NCBI GenBank assembly: GCA_017654855.1
Contig: CM030336.1
Location: forward strand, 4,030,001 to 4,094,000
Length of the DNA: 64,000 nt
Reading direction: 5' to 3'
From: Podospora anserina
Taxonomy: Eukaryota
The number at the start of each line of letters is the position of its first letter. Position 1 is the stretch's first letter. Of the stretch, positions 51,664 to 63,584 are shown in pieces. The position numbers and the translations under genes are program-made. The notes below the pieces were generated by a model. It made no database searches. It was given only the letters and a program-made list of their open reading frames with translations, and was not told where the DNA came from.

Positions 51664-52205
51664 ATGGGCTGGCTATCCTCCTCCTCCCCCGAAGACCAAC
51701 GCTCCCAAGAAATCCGCGCCGGCACCGTCGCCCCCTCCCGCGCCGAGCGGGCCCGCTGCTGGGAGGCCCGCGACGGGTATTTTGCCTGCCTGGACAAGAA
51801 CAACATTGTGGACGCGCTGAAAGAGGAGAAAGCCGCTGGCAAGGCTTGCGGGGCGGAGGGCAAGGTTTTTGAGAGGGATTGTGCTGCTCAGTGGGTAGGT
51901 TTTTGCAGCCTTTTTATTTTATTTATTCTTTTACCTTCCTTCTGTTACTGGGATGGGGTGGAGGGGGATACACAGGATATGTCTCTCAGGAGGATGGGTG
52001 GAAAGAGAAGGGTTGGAGGGAGGAGTGGTTATGAACTTTTGTTGGGTCTCGGAAGAATGTTTTACTGATACGACCGAAAATATAGGTAACATACTTCAAA
52101 AAGTGGCGCGTCCAAGACATCCAAAAACGTCAACGCATCAAGGAGCTCGAGGCCCAAGGCGCAAACAGGCTGGACGTGCAGACCGACTTCACGCCAAGGG
52201 GTTAA
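51664..52205 (+). CDS. COA6: Cytochrome c oxidase assembly factor Coa6 (COX6B-like)
   Basis: Exons 51664-51894 and 52086-52205. PSRAERARCWEARDGYFACLD..C.......FERDCAAQW/VTYFKKWR, a CX9C..CX10C pattern. Confidence 0.88.
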
Positions 52206-52619
52206 TAGGGGGACTTGAGAGCAGGGGAAGGGAGAAGCGTGACGATAGAAGGAAGTGTAAATGTACAATATGAACAACCTCACCAGGTTGAACGGATATC
52301 AAAATATGGAGACGGAAATACCATAGGGGAAGGAAGGAACAAGGCGTTTACAGGACCATACCCATAACAAGAACCACAAGATAAATAAGGGAACATCCAC
52401 AACTCATCATCCAGAGCCAATAATATCAAATGATAAATGTAGTAGTATAACAACATCTATATACAATCCCCTCTCCTTCTCCCACTCCCCCCTCCCCCAT
52501 CTAAATAAGCACCACCACCCTCTCTCTCCTCTTTCAAAGAAAACCCAAACAATGTAAACCCACTCTCCCAAACAACAGCACCAAGTAAAAAAAATCCTAT
52601 TTCAATTCCCATACAACAA

Positions 52620-52651
<32 letters not shown>

Positions 52652-53434
52652 GACATCCCATACATTTCTCCCCATCAACCCACCCGACCATCCAAAACAT
52701 TCAATGCAGAGAGGCGGTAACAAAACGTCTAAAGCACTACTGAACAACACCCCTCTTTCTAACGATAAACCTCAACCATCAACCAAGCACAAACTGTGTC
52801 TCTGTAATGAATGAAAAGTGAATGAGAAAAAAAAGAGCGTCCATAATCAGGGTCGTCAGTCAGCCTCAGTGTAATAGTAGTCCCCTCCAACAAACATACC
52901 GGCCCGTTTGGTTGATTGTAAAAAGAATAATGTGTGTGTAATGTCTGATAAAAACTGTATGTTGAATAAGAAAGCAAGAAGAAGAAAAATGAGTTTTTGT
53001 GTGTGTATGTGTCCTTGTAAGAGAGAGAGGTGTTTTGTGCAGTTGGTATCATGAGGTCTGGTTCTTCCAAGATAACGACACACAGAGAGAGACAGAGAGA
53101 ATGAAAAGAAGGAGAGAGAAGAAAAACGACAAGAAAAGGGGGTTCCTGATCCACCCCCACTGAATTCAATCAAACGCAACAGCAACAAAAAAAACGCAAA
53201 GAAACAAAGCCAAATCCCAGTTTCCATCCATCATCCTTCCCCTTAGTAATCATTAAGCCGCTCGCTACACAACTTTCCCTTTCCTACTTCCCCCTCCTCC
53301 TTCTCATCCTCAATCCTAATCGTGACAATCGCCACCGACGAACCCGAAAACCACATCTCCCTCGTCCTCTCCCAATCCCTCTGATCAGGCGTCACCACCC
53401 TCTTGCCCTTTTCCATTGTCGAGCCGTCATCCCT

Positions 53435-56400
53435 CTAAGAACTCCCATTGACCCTCGGCAGCGGGGGCAGCGCCTTATCCAAACTATCCCTACTGATCTG
53501 GTTCTTCACATGCCCCTGGTCCAACCGGCTCTTTTGGCTCCCCGACACGCTCCTCAACCCGCCACCTTGACCATACCCGCTATCCACGCTGTCTGGCTTC
53601 ATCATGGTGTGATGCGAGACGCCGCCATAGCCATGGCCTGTTTTGGGCGGCGTCGGTGGCGGTCTCCCTGAATCGCTGCCCCTACTCCTACCACCCATCA
53701 AATGGCTGGTAAAGGTCCCTGTGCGGAAATCATCACCGTCCTTTGCGGGGGTGGGCGGTCGGTGGTCGTCTTCTTGACTGAGACGACTCGTGTGTGATTT
53801 CTGACTGCGGCGGGACTTGGTTGACTGGCTTTCAGCCGCTTCCTCTACCACCGGCAGAACTGCTGTGTCTCGACGGTCACCAAGCGGCGGGGACTGATGT
53901 TTCCCGCTGCTGGAACCAGGGTTATTGGACGGAGAGGCGGTAGTTCGGAGAGTTCGATCAGGTATGTTCTCCTCGCTCGGGCCGCAATGCTCGCTTCTCC
54001 TTGCTTGCTCCTCAGCCTTTTGCATCGTGAGCTCAACCTCGGGAGATTTCATGCCCGACGACGAGGCTCCCGGTGGCGCTGGAGGGAGGTAGCTTGGTAC
54101 TGGAGGAGCTGCATTCGACGAGCGGCCCCGGAGACTATTCCAGCTGCCTACCCGTTGTCGTTCCTCCGAGGCGGCAGCAGCTGCTTGGGCTGCGTCTCTT
54201 TCTTGAGCTTCTCGCAAAGCCTCCTCCTGTGACATTGTTACGCCGTTGATAAAGTTGATGAATCTCTCGCCGTACTCATGTGGCGGGAGGGCCGAGATCT
54301 GCGTGCGATCGCTCGACAGGCCCTTCCAAAAGTGCTCGATCTTTTTGATCATGCCGTACTGTGGTCATGTTAGCACACCCCCTCCTTCAGTCTGACGAGA
54401 AACTTACGTGAGTGAGACAATCAATCACCCCCAGGTAGTAAATCTCATCCCCCGGTGCATTATCCTCATGCGTCGCCCTGAATCCTCCATCATCCTGGTT
54501 AAACACAAAGCCGGACTTCTGCCCGTCCTCAAGCTCATCCGGCATCCGGCTACTAGTTTCGCCCATGGGCACTGGCTTCTCCGTCTGGATCATCTGCCTC
54601 AGCTCTCTCGCCTTCCGCTGGTTCTCCAGCTTTGACGGCGTCCTCATCAGAACCGAGTGAGGGTTCTCATCCTCCGGGACGCCATTGCCCCCCGGGTTGA
54701 ACACCCGCAACGTCTTATCCCGTAAGTTTTCCTCGTTCCCTCTCTGAAGATCGTGGATGCCTATCAGCAGCGAGTAATCCATGATGTGCAGCTTCTGCAA
54801 CAACCGCACATCCTTCTGCAGTTGCTCCAAGAACATCTTCTTTTTCTGAATCCCCAGCTCAAGATGTCTCTTCCGCCGCAGCCAGTTCAGATCCTTCAGC
54901 GTTGCCCTCGGGTTGTTCGCCAGCTCCTCCTCCCTGTAGTCTCGCCCAATCGTCGAGCCCTTCAAGTCGAAAGTCTGGTGGATGTCCCGGTGTGGCGGGA
55001 ACAGGTTGTTCATGACGACAAAGTGGATCTTTTTGCCGTAGGGCATCTTGACCCGGTGAAGACCGTAAAACTGCGAAAGCAGAGTGTTGGGGTTGTTGGT
55101 GACATGCTGGTAGTAATCCTTCAAGATCTTCCTGAGAAACTTGTGCTCGGCGTGGTGGATCGTCTTGATAATGTACTTGTAGTCCCGCGAAAAGTAGAAA
55201 AAACTTCCACTCTTGCCCGGCGACCCAAGCTCTGACAAGATGTACTTACCCGTCAAGGACATGAGATAGTCGGCAGGATCGAGGCGGAACAGTGCTCGCA
55301 GGTGGCGGAAGACCCACGGAGCATAGTCCTTGAACTTGAAGTCGTACTTGGCCGACGGCACCAGTTCGTTTCCGGCACTTTCTGAATGTTAGCTTAGCTT
55401 CCTGGAGTTGCCGATCGTTCCACTCACATATCGAAAGTAGACTTCTGCTTGACGTCGAAGTCGGCGTCCGTCAGCTGCCGGTCAAGTTTCGCGTTGGTTC
55501 TCGACACGGCCACACGGATGCCAGTCAACATATTGTATGCCGTCACCCAGTTCGCGTGCGTCTCATCCACCTTTGTCCCGACCAGCACCCTGTCATCATC
55601 CTCAATTTCCCTCCTTCTTCTCTTGGTAGCGCGCTTTTGCCTGTACGCTTCGGCCCACCGCATGGCATCTTCATCCGGCATCACCTCATGGTGGGCCTCC
55701 GAGTGCAGAGATCTCGTGTTCCTCCTAGCCAAACTCAACGATGCTCTCCTAACTCCGCCGCCAATGGTGGGCGAGAATCTGCCGCTAGCATAACCTTCGG
55801 CCCCATCCCGCGATCCGCGCCCTTGTGTTACCTTGGGAACCTCGAGTGTGTGACGGTGCTTGATCCCAGGGGCAGGTGGTGGTGGTGGTGCTAGCGGGCC
55901 TGAGGCAGTCGGGCCGGGAAATGGAGGGGAGGAATATCTGTGTGGCGCCTTTTGGTTTTTCGGTTCCGGGCTTAAAGAATCGGACGTCGCGGTCGAGGCG
56001 TTGACAGGCAAGGTTGCTACCGACGACTCGTTGTTATCCTGAACTGTGCGAATGCCCCCTTTACTTATTGGCCGCGCATATGGGTCGGCCTGCGCGGTAC
56101 CGTTACCGTCGAGTCCTGAACTGACAGATATCCGCGGAAAGGCCTCTTGCGGGCTCGATGTTGTTGAATCATTCCCCCTTCCATTAGCCTTTAGCGTCCT
56201 GTCCACCAACACTGTCGAATTGCCATTCGGTAGTGGTTTGCGGCTCGTCGAGTCGATCGTGGTGTTGCCCAATCCGTTCGTCAATCCTCCAGCAGAACTG
56301 CCGTTTGGCAGCGTGTTCATACTTGGGGGAGCCTTTTTCGGATATTCCCCATTCACGTCGTGGTTGAGTCGCGTTCGCGGGTCGGCAGAGGCCTCGGAGG

Positions 56401-56596
56401 TTTGTGAAGAATTAGACGAGTTGTAGGAGCTCTCGTCGAAGCTCTCGTTGGATGTGTGCGAGTGTGGCTGGCGCGCAACGTGTACATTGACTTTGCCGGG
56501 GTTCGACAGGCCGTACTGGGCGGCTTGATCGAGGTGCACGAGGCCCGAGGATTGGGAGTCGATTGCCGCACTTCCGTCCGGCAGGAAGGAGGGCAT
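53435..56596 (-). CDS. MSS4: Phosphatidylinositol-4-phosphate 5-kinase Mss4/Its3
   Basis: Exons 56596-55428, 55377-54408, 54358-53435. [74 protein letters not shown]. Confidence 0.95.
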
Positions 56597-57145
56597 CGCG
56601 TGTCGGGTCGTGAGATTGGGGGGCTTCTGGCTGTTCCAAGATTCGATTGATATTACGGACGGTCGGCAGTGGCGCACATGCTCTCTCACACTCTCTCGAT
56701 AACTCGATACAGACACGGGGTGTTTGGCAAAGGGAAGGGGGCAGGGGCAGGACAGCGTCAAACAGGAGAACAAGGAAGTGTAGTCGGAATTGATGATGAT
56801 GATGGATGGGTTCCGCCGCGTCGGGCTCGATTCGTCGGCTTTGGGATGCGAAATGGAGGGAAGGGCAAAAGCAAGGCCGAGTTGGATTGATTGTGTCGAC
56901 GGTCGGTTGTGGTTCAGCTGGTCTGGGCGGGAATCTTTGCTGCGCAGGGGCCGAAAGAACAAGCAGAACGCCGCTTGGCGGTACGGTACGGAGCAACAGA
57001 GTATGTACGCTGTCGTGGCATTCGCTCTCAGGCTTTGCTTGTTCTCTTCTGGTCCTCACAGCGTAGGTAGATCAACAAATTGGAAGGATTCATGAATATT
57101 TTGATTATGGACGAAAAGAAAAAGGAAAAAAAAACTCCGTCGGTG

Positions 57146-57188
57146 CTGTGCTGTGCTGTACTGTGCTGCGCTGTGGTGCTGCGCTGTA
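57146..57188. repeat. Imperfect (CTGTG)n repeat upstream of MSS4
   Basis: ctgtg ctgtg ctgta ctgtg ctgcg ctgtg gtg ctgcg ctgta. Confidence 0.75.
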
Positions 57189-58811
57189 GCCAGGCGCAGT
57201 GCTCTCGGTTTAGGTAGTTACCTGTAAAAAGCCCAGACCTCCCCGCCATTTCAAAACTCCAGTGGTCAGCAACAACCCCGTTGCGAGGCGACACGGGACT
57301 CGGCGCCGAGACAAACGCACCCCGTTGCTTTTGACCTTGCGACGATCACCAGTTTTCAAAGAGTGCATTTCCGCTGGCTTTAGGGAATATTCCGGGATTT
57401 TCAAACTATATGTCTTCCTTTTCTCCTGATCAGTCTGCCTACATAGAACTGAAATGGCTGGAAAAGAGAGGACATTCCCAGAGCACCATCCCCCTTATCT
57501 CTCTCCAAAACTGGTCGGCCGACCCATTGCCCGACCTTCCGTTCAAAGGTGATCTCCCGTGCTTCGCGTTTTTCACTCTCCCCCCCAAGCAATTACATCA
57601 TTTTTGTACATACTTGGTCCCCAAATCAACCGGGCTGCCTCTCGTTTATTTACCACCATCATCAACAAAACAGTGGGTTTTGCCGTGTCAAGTTTGCCCA
57701 TAAAATCCCACTTGCTCATTTAAAGCAACGGCTTCCCCTGTCTCTGGCTGCTCCGTCCGTCGGGCCTTCGGCGCCTGAAAAGGAGGCTTGGTCCCTGGCA
57801 TTCCTGGGTACAGGATATATGTAGCTAGGCCCAGTGTCGAGACGACTATTCTGTCCACAGCCCAGCCATACAGAGCCCTTTGTTCCCACATGGCAGATAC
57901 CAAGACGGAAGACGGCAGCAGCGGCAACAAAACCCTCCTTTTGCACACATTGTCAATCCCTTCTCGCCAAAAAAGTCAGCTGTTTCAAAACCTTCAAAAT
58001 CATCTGTCATGAGTATTCTCTCCTTTCTCAGCGGAGTTTCCCGTCAACCCCGTCTGCGCTCTGCAGAAACTGTTCTCGCTTGCCTGTCCCAAATTCCCGG
58101 TCGTGCAGCTTGTTAGCGTCGCCATGGAGGCTGAAGGCGGAGTTTGTAAGATTGCAGAAGGGAGTTTCTATTTCTGGCATGTCAGTCAGCCAGCCCCCCT
58201 GAATACTATCGCAGCCTTGTTTTCTTTTGGGACTTCCAGAAGGTTTCTTGATCAGGCCTATGAAAAGAATGAGACACATCCTGGATGAAGACAGAAAGGA
58301 TATAGTATCACAGGTGTCCCGATTTGCATTCATCTTCACAAAACAATTAGTATAAACTAGCCATCTTTTCAGCCCCTATCGGCCACGGTGTCTACATATA
58401 TATTTATAACCATCCATTGACTGATTTTCTCACCATCCCTATTCCATCCACAGCATACAAGTCCAAGAATAGTGTCAACTTCAATCATGAATTCAATTTG
58501 CGTCTGTCTCACTAGGTATCTCGTGCTCATGCTCCCAAATCCCGTGCTTTCGCTCGTCATCCCATGCAAAAATGTTGCCAGTTACAATGAAGAAAAAAAT
58601 GAAGAAAAAAAAAAACCATCCAATCCAATCAAAAAGAGTCCCGGTGTTCCCATTCATGACTTGACCACCACATATTCTCCCATCGCGGGGTATCCCGCCA
58701 AAAAGAAACAAAACACATCAATACAATGCAACCCAAGATGCAGATGTCAACATGCAGAAAACAAGGTATGCCCATCATCACCCATCATGCCATTCAACCT
58801 CACCCCAACCC

Positions 58812-60689
58812 TTAAGCAGTCCTCCTCTCAACAATCGCCTCCCCCCTCGGCTTCCCCCCGACAAACCCCCCTCCCACGGCGCCAAGCTGGAAAACCTTCT
58901 CCCCCCTAACCCAACTCTCCCTCACCCGTCCAACAAACTGCCTCCCCTCCCACGGCGACACCTTATTCTTCCACCTCATCTCCCCGCTCCTCAACACCCA
59001 CCTCTCCTCGCTATCAAACACGCAAAAATCCGCGTCGTGCCCGACCTTGATCGCGCCCTTGCGGTGATACAGCCCCACCTGCTGCGCCGTGGCCTGCGAG
59101 CACATCCTTACCATGTCCACCAGATCCGGCGCCGGTAACCCGTGAGCGGTTCTGTCAGTGGCGATGGTGTGCAGGATGGGAAGACCAAGGCCGACAGAGG
59201 AAATCCCGCCCCAGGCGGCGAAGAAGTCGCCTTGGTTGGTGTTTGTGATGGGGAGGAGACGTTGTTGGGGGGCGGGGTTGGGGTGGTGGGTTGTGTCGGC
59301 GCAGCATGTGGTAGCAGTGGTGGTGGAAAGGGGGTTGGTGGGCTGCTCCTCGATGGGGGAGGGGGTTTCCGACGCAAGAGTCATCACCACGCCTGAATCC
59401 GTCGGCTTCAGCTCTGGCCGGGAGGAGGCGTGGGAGCAAGACTTGTCGTGGGTTTGATCAGAGGGCAAAGTCATATCAACACCCGAGTCGGAGTGATGCA
59501 TATTCGGCCTCAGCGAATCATCATCCACCGTCTGAAGATGCGGAGGCAGCAGCTTCAGCTCTGGCGTGCAAGGGCTGTGGTCAGAGACAATAGTCTTGAT
59601 GCACCCCTCCCCTTGCGCCTCAACAATCTCCTCCCACAGCCGGTCTTGGTTGGTCTGCGACCGGATGGGAGGGCAGCACTTGTGACGAGTGTCGCCGTCT
59701 TCAATGTCATCTGCCGCGAGGCCGAGGTAGTGGAAGCATGTCTCGGCCGTGATGTTGACGCCTTCCTTGCGAGCATTGCGGAGGATGGGGATCGCCTCTA
59801 CGGCGGAGAGGTGGACGATGTGGAGGTGCAGCTTGGGTGCCAGCTCGGCCAGGGAGACGATCTCCTCGATGGCATACGTCTCAAAGGCTGGGGGGCGAGA
59901 CTCCAAGAAGGTGCTGTAGCTGAAGAGATCGCCTTTGGGGGCGAGAGGTGGGTCAGAGATTTGGACGTAATCGCCCACGGACTCGGTGATGGGGGGGAGC
60001 ATCTCGGCATGGAACATCAAGGTGGTGGGGGAGTCTTTGAGTGTGGTCATGGCCAAGGCGATGTCTTTGGAGGACACGGCTGGGAACTCATCCACCTGTG
60101 ATTGGGTTAGCTGACTGACTGGATGGCTGGACATAGATCTGATAGGGAATAGGATGGGGTGACTAACACCAGAGTCGATAAGGAAACCCTTGAAGCCACG
60201 CACACCAGCCTCGACCAGCGGGAGCAGCTCGCCTGCGTTGCCGGGGATGACACCTCCGTAGAAGCCGACGTCGACCCAGCATTGGCCCTGGCTAGCACGA
60301 AGCTTCTCTTGGAACCCTGCTAGGGTGGTGGTGGGCGGGATGGCGTTGAGCGGCATGTCGATAACGGTTGTGACACCGCCAGAGGCGGCTGCCTTAGTGC
60401 CCGTGTTGAAGCCCTCCCACTCGGTACGGCCCGGCTCGTTGAGGTGGACATGGGCGTCTACCAGACCGGGGAGTAGGAACTTGGGGCTGAGGTCATTGTA
60501 TGTGGTATTGGGGGGGAAAGAGCTCCCGGGCAAAACTTCACGGACTACGGAGAGAATCTTGCCGGTCACCGGTGATACAGTGACGGTGGCTGGTGTGAGA
60601 AGGAGGGTGTCATCTGGGAGTGTGATGATGGTGTTTGTCGAGGCCAGCACCACAAGGGGCTGCTCGTTCTGTTGGAGCGTGGTAGCCAT
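58812..60689 (-). CDS. DAL1: Allantoinase (amidohydrolase superfamily)
   Basis: LLPGLVDAHVHLNEPGRTEWEGF, AAASGGVTTVIDMPLNAIPPTT, GVRGFKGFLIDSG/VDEFP (72-nt intron 60167-60096), MFHAE, HIVHLS, ETCFHYL, KCCPPIR, SDHSPC, AWGGISSVGLGL. Confidence 0.95.
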   Translation of the reverse strand: MATTLQQNEQPLVVLASTNTIITLPDDTLLLTPATVTVSPVTGKILSVVREVLPGSSFPPNTTYNDLSPKFLLPGLVDAHVHLNEPGRTEWEGFNTGTKAAASGGVTTVIDMPLNAIPPTTTLAGFQEKLRASQGQCWVDVGFYGGVIPGNAGELLPLVEAGVRGFKGFLIDSGVSHPILFPIRSMSSHPVSQLTQSQVDEFPAVSSKDIALAMTTLKDSPTTLMFHAEMLPPITESVGDYVQISDPPLAPKGDLFSYSTFLESRPPAFETYAIEEIVSLAELAPKLHLHIVHLSAVEAIPILRNARKEGVNITAETCFHYLGLAADDIEDGDTRHKCCPPIRSQTNQDRLWEEIVEAQGEGCIKTIVSDHSPCTPELKLLPPHLQTVDDDSLRPNMHHSDSGVDMTLPSDQTHDKSCSHASSRPELKPTDSGVVMTLASETPSPIEEQPTNPLSTTTATTCCADTTHHPNPAPQQRLLPITNTNQGDFFAAWGGISSVGLGLPILHTIATDRTAHGLPAPDLVDMVRMCSQATAQQVGLYHRKGAIKVGHDADFCVFDSEERWVLRSGEMRWKNKVSPWEGRQFVGRVRESWVRGEKVFQLGAVGGGFVGGKPRGEAIVERRTA

Positions 60690-60831
60690 ATTGAAGAGAG
60701 AGGTGTGTCGATTTTTCCCCCAAAGCCACAGCTCGAAGGGGTGAGGGAAGTGAAGTCAGAAAGAGACAGGGGATCAGGATAGGATGATGCTAGGCTATCG
60801 GGACCCGGCGATATGGTTTGGTAGTTTGCAG

Positions 60832-61527
60832 GATAAGGCGTCTGGGCTTCCTATAAGGGAGGGGAGAGAGTCTTATCTCTGGGTTGCGGGATGGGTGTGC
60901 GGCGGTGCGGGACAGTTTTGATAAGTAGCCGTGAGACGAGTGAGAATAAAGGTTGCACGGCGCAATGTGATCCGTAGGCGAGAATGGGGGGTGTGGTGTG
61001 GTGGTAAGCAAGATACAGGGTCTTGGCCGGTGGGAGCAGTCAAAAGATGAGATGTGAAAGTGAAGATAAGATATCGAGTCACCAACGAGGACAGACACAA
61101 ACATATATATATATAAAGAGAGGGAAGGAAAGGGAAATATCCGGCACGGTTTCTTTCCGGCCTTGTTTCTTTGCTTCCTTTTGGCAGGCAGTCAAGGCAA
61201 TGGCCTCAGCAAAATCCACTCCATCCACCTTGAACACACCGTCAGATTCCGAGAATTCTCCCAGGCATTGGAACGGCTGCCATGATCCAGACCGCCCCCC
61301 CCCTCCCTCCCGGGAGGGAGACAGATTCCCATACACCCATATCACTTGTTGCGGTCTCGGAATCGCATTGTCGCATGCAGCAGCACAGGAACGAGGTCAT
61401 TATCAGAGGATGGCCCACCGAGCTGATAAGGCGCTTGGTGGATCTCTTTTTAGATGCCAGGACCCTGGCGCCACGACCTTATCTCTGGCAGCTGACTGGC
61501 CGTGCTGATTAGATCGGATGCGGCCGG
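60832..61527. promoter_or_regulatory. GATA cluster plus CGG-N6-CCG site in the allantoinase promoter
   Basis: GATAAG at 60832, 60920, 61065, 61425; CTTATC at 60872, 61478; TTATCA at 61400; TA-rich box near 61103-61117; TCGG-ATGCGG-CCGG at 61514-61527. Confidence 0.6.
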
Positions 61528-63290
61528 GCTGTATTGGGTTCACGCCCTGCCGATCAGTGGCTGAAAGTGACGGCACGCCCGTCTTTCAGAGCATGGGCCA
61601 CCCTTCTAGCCCCGCACATTCTAGACCCCACCGGGGTGCGGCAGGCAGACCTGCTTCCTTTTTTGGCGGGGATCCGAAGCTATCGTGAGAGAGTTCACGC
61701 TTGTGAGTTTTGATCGAGTAACGATCGAGTAAGCTTCTAGAAGGATGCGGATCTGATTCGCTGGACCGGTCTTTAAGCACTTTTCTCTCCCTTTTTTGTC
61801 TGTCCGGCATCGTCCGTATGGTCTTCGTATCTGGCTCTGGATGATATCCCTCACCAATGAACGAACCTGGAAGTTGCTCACCTCACCTCGGCCTCGCTCT
61901 CCGGCCATACCATCCCCGCAACGCCCCCCAACCTTTCTTTGTTCGAGCCCCGAGGTGAAGTCATCTCGGTTTGCTGTCTCCAGGTCTGGCCTGTCTGCTT
62001 GTTGTTCTCTCGCCAATTCTTTCGCCCATCAGAGAATTGTTGAATATCAGGCGGTGTAGCTGCTGACCAGACCCAGCCAAATATGGTCACGATGGCGATA
62101 CCGATAATGTTTCCAGAACCACTCGGCACGCCACGTATCCATCATCGATGTGTCATATTAAGTCCGATTCAAGCCAGAAAGCTCTGCAAGCTCTGGTGTT
62201 GTCTTTTTTCATGCTTTAAGCTTTTCGACCTCGCTGACTCGGCAATGGTTCCGCGGACCGAGCACATCATCACCGGCAGCGGCCTGCTGGGTTGTTTCTT
62301 TTGAGGCTAGCCCAGCGGCTGTCACCGGTGCTCCCAAGAAACACCAAGCACCCGCAGCTCGCCTACGACGTTTACATTTGTCATAATTGAACGGTTTGGC
62401 CTCTGGGGTGCAGCGGGTTGACCGGGACGTGGAGCGGTTCTGGAGCAGGTCGTGGTGGTGGTGGTGGTGGTGGTGGTGATGGACTGCCGGACAGGGCATT
62501 GTGTGTGGCTTGTGGATGCTACCGTACCTTATGTTCCGGGGGACCCTGAGTGGCAAAGCTTTTCTCCGAGAAAACTCCCGGTGAGTCCGGCCGAGATTGT
62601 CGGTGCCGCTCCGGAGCCGAGGTGCTTGGGCATTGCTTGTCTTGATCCGTGTCTGAGTGATGTGTAAGTTGGCGATGGCTTCATTCAGTCATATAATTCT
62701 TCAGCGTACTTGGGTGAGAATTAGAAAATGTGTTGGTAAAAAGCCCAGCATGGTTGGAATATCAATGACGCTAAAGCCCCAGAAGATAGCACATAGCTTT
62801 TTCAAGCTGTCTCAAAGGCATGTACTTTTTCCAAGGCCATCTTTCATCAAGGCCTATCGTCCATGTCAGAAGTTCTACCACCTTCTTACAGGACCTATAC
62901 ATCATCCTGAAAGGATTCCTAGCTACTATCTTGAGGTCTGCCCAAGATCTTATTGTTCTATTCTGACAGAAGGTCAGATGGCATATCCAAGTTGTTTCCC
63001 AGGTACCCACATTTTTATTTATGAGCTAAGGACATCTGTAGCTCAATGGGAGACATTGAAGGCTTAGAGAATCATTCATTGACGAATCTAAAGGTACTTC
63101 CAAATCAGAGATGGACATCCTTCTTGATTTCCTGTTTGCGGTGATAATTCGCCAAATAAGGGGCTTCTTGAAGGCTCTCTTTGATGAAGCTAAGGGTCAT
63201 TTTACTTTCATCTTATAACGTCCAGACATTCTACTTCCTGGCTGATCTCATTGTGCCCAGGTAGCTGGCCAGCTCAGACTTCGCTCTCGA

Positions 63291-63453
63291 GAGCAGACAC
63301 AATAGCAATTCGCACAGCTTGCTCCCGCCTCGCAACGATGGAGTTATCTCTGCTTCCGCCTGTTCAGATGCTACTGGGGAGCACACACAATAGCAAATTT
63401 CCACAGATTGTTCCTGCCTCAGATCAACAAAGCTCTATCTGTTTCCGCCTGTT
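63291..63453. repeat. Diverged two-copy direct repeat (about 75-nt units, 88-nt period)
   Basis: 63291-63364 and 63379-63453 share GAGCA.ACACAATAGCAA, CACAG.TTG.TCC.GCCTC and TCTG.TTCCGCCTGTT. Confidence 0.8.
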
Positions 63454-63488
63454 AGAAGTCCAAGAGCCTTGTGACTTCATCCCATCTA

Positions 63489-63584
63489 TTCACTTGTTCA
63501 CTTGTTCACTTGTTCACTTGTTCACTTGTTCACTTGTTCACTTGTTCACTTGTTCACTTGTTCACTTGTTCACTTGTTCACTTG
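63489..63584. repeat. (TTCACTTG)12 octanucleotide tandem repeat
   Basis: Twelve perfect 8-bp units read directly. Confidence 0.95.

Noticed and set aside
63489-63584. Tandem array considered as CRISPR-like or telomeric
   Set aside because: No spacers, eukaryotic context, and the unit is not TTAGGG; it is a simple tandem repeat.
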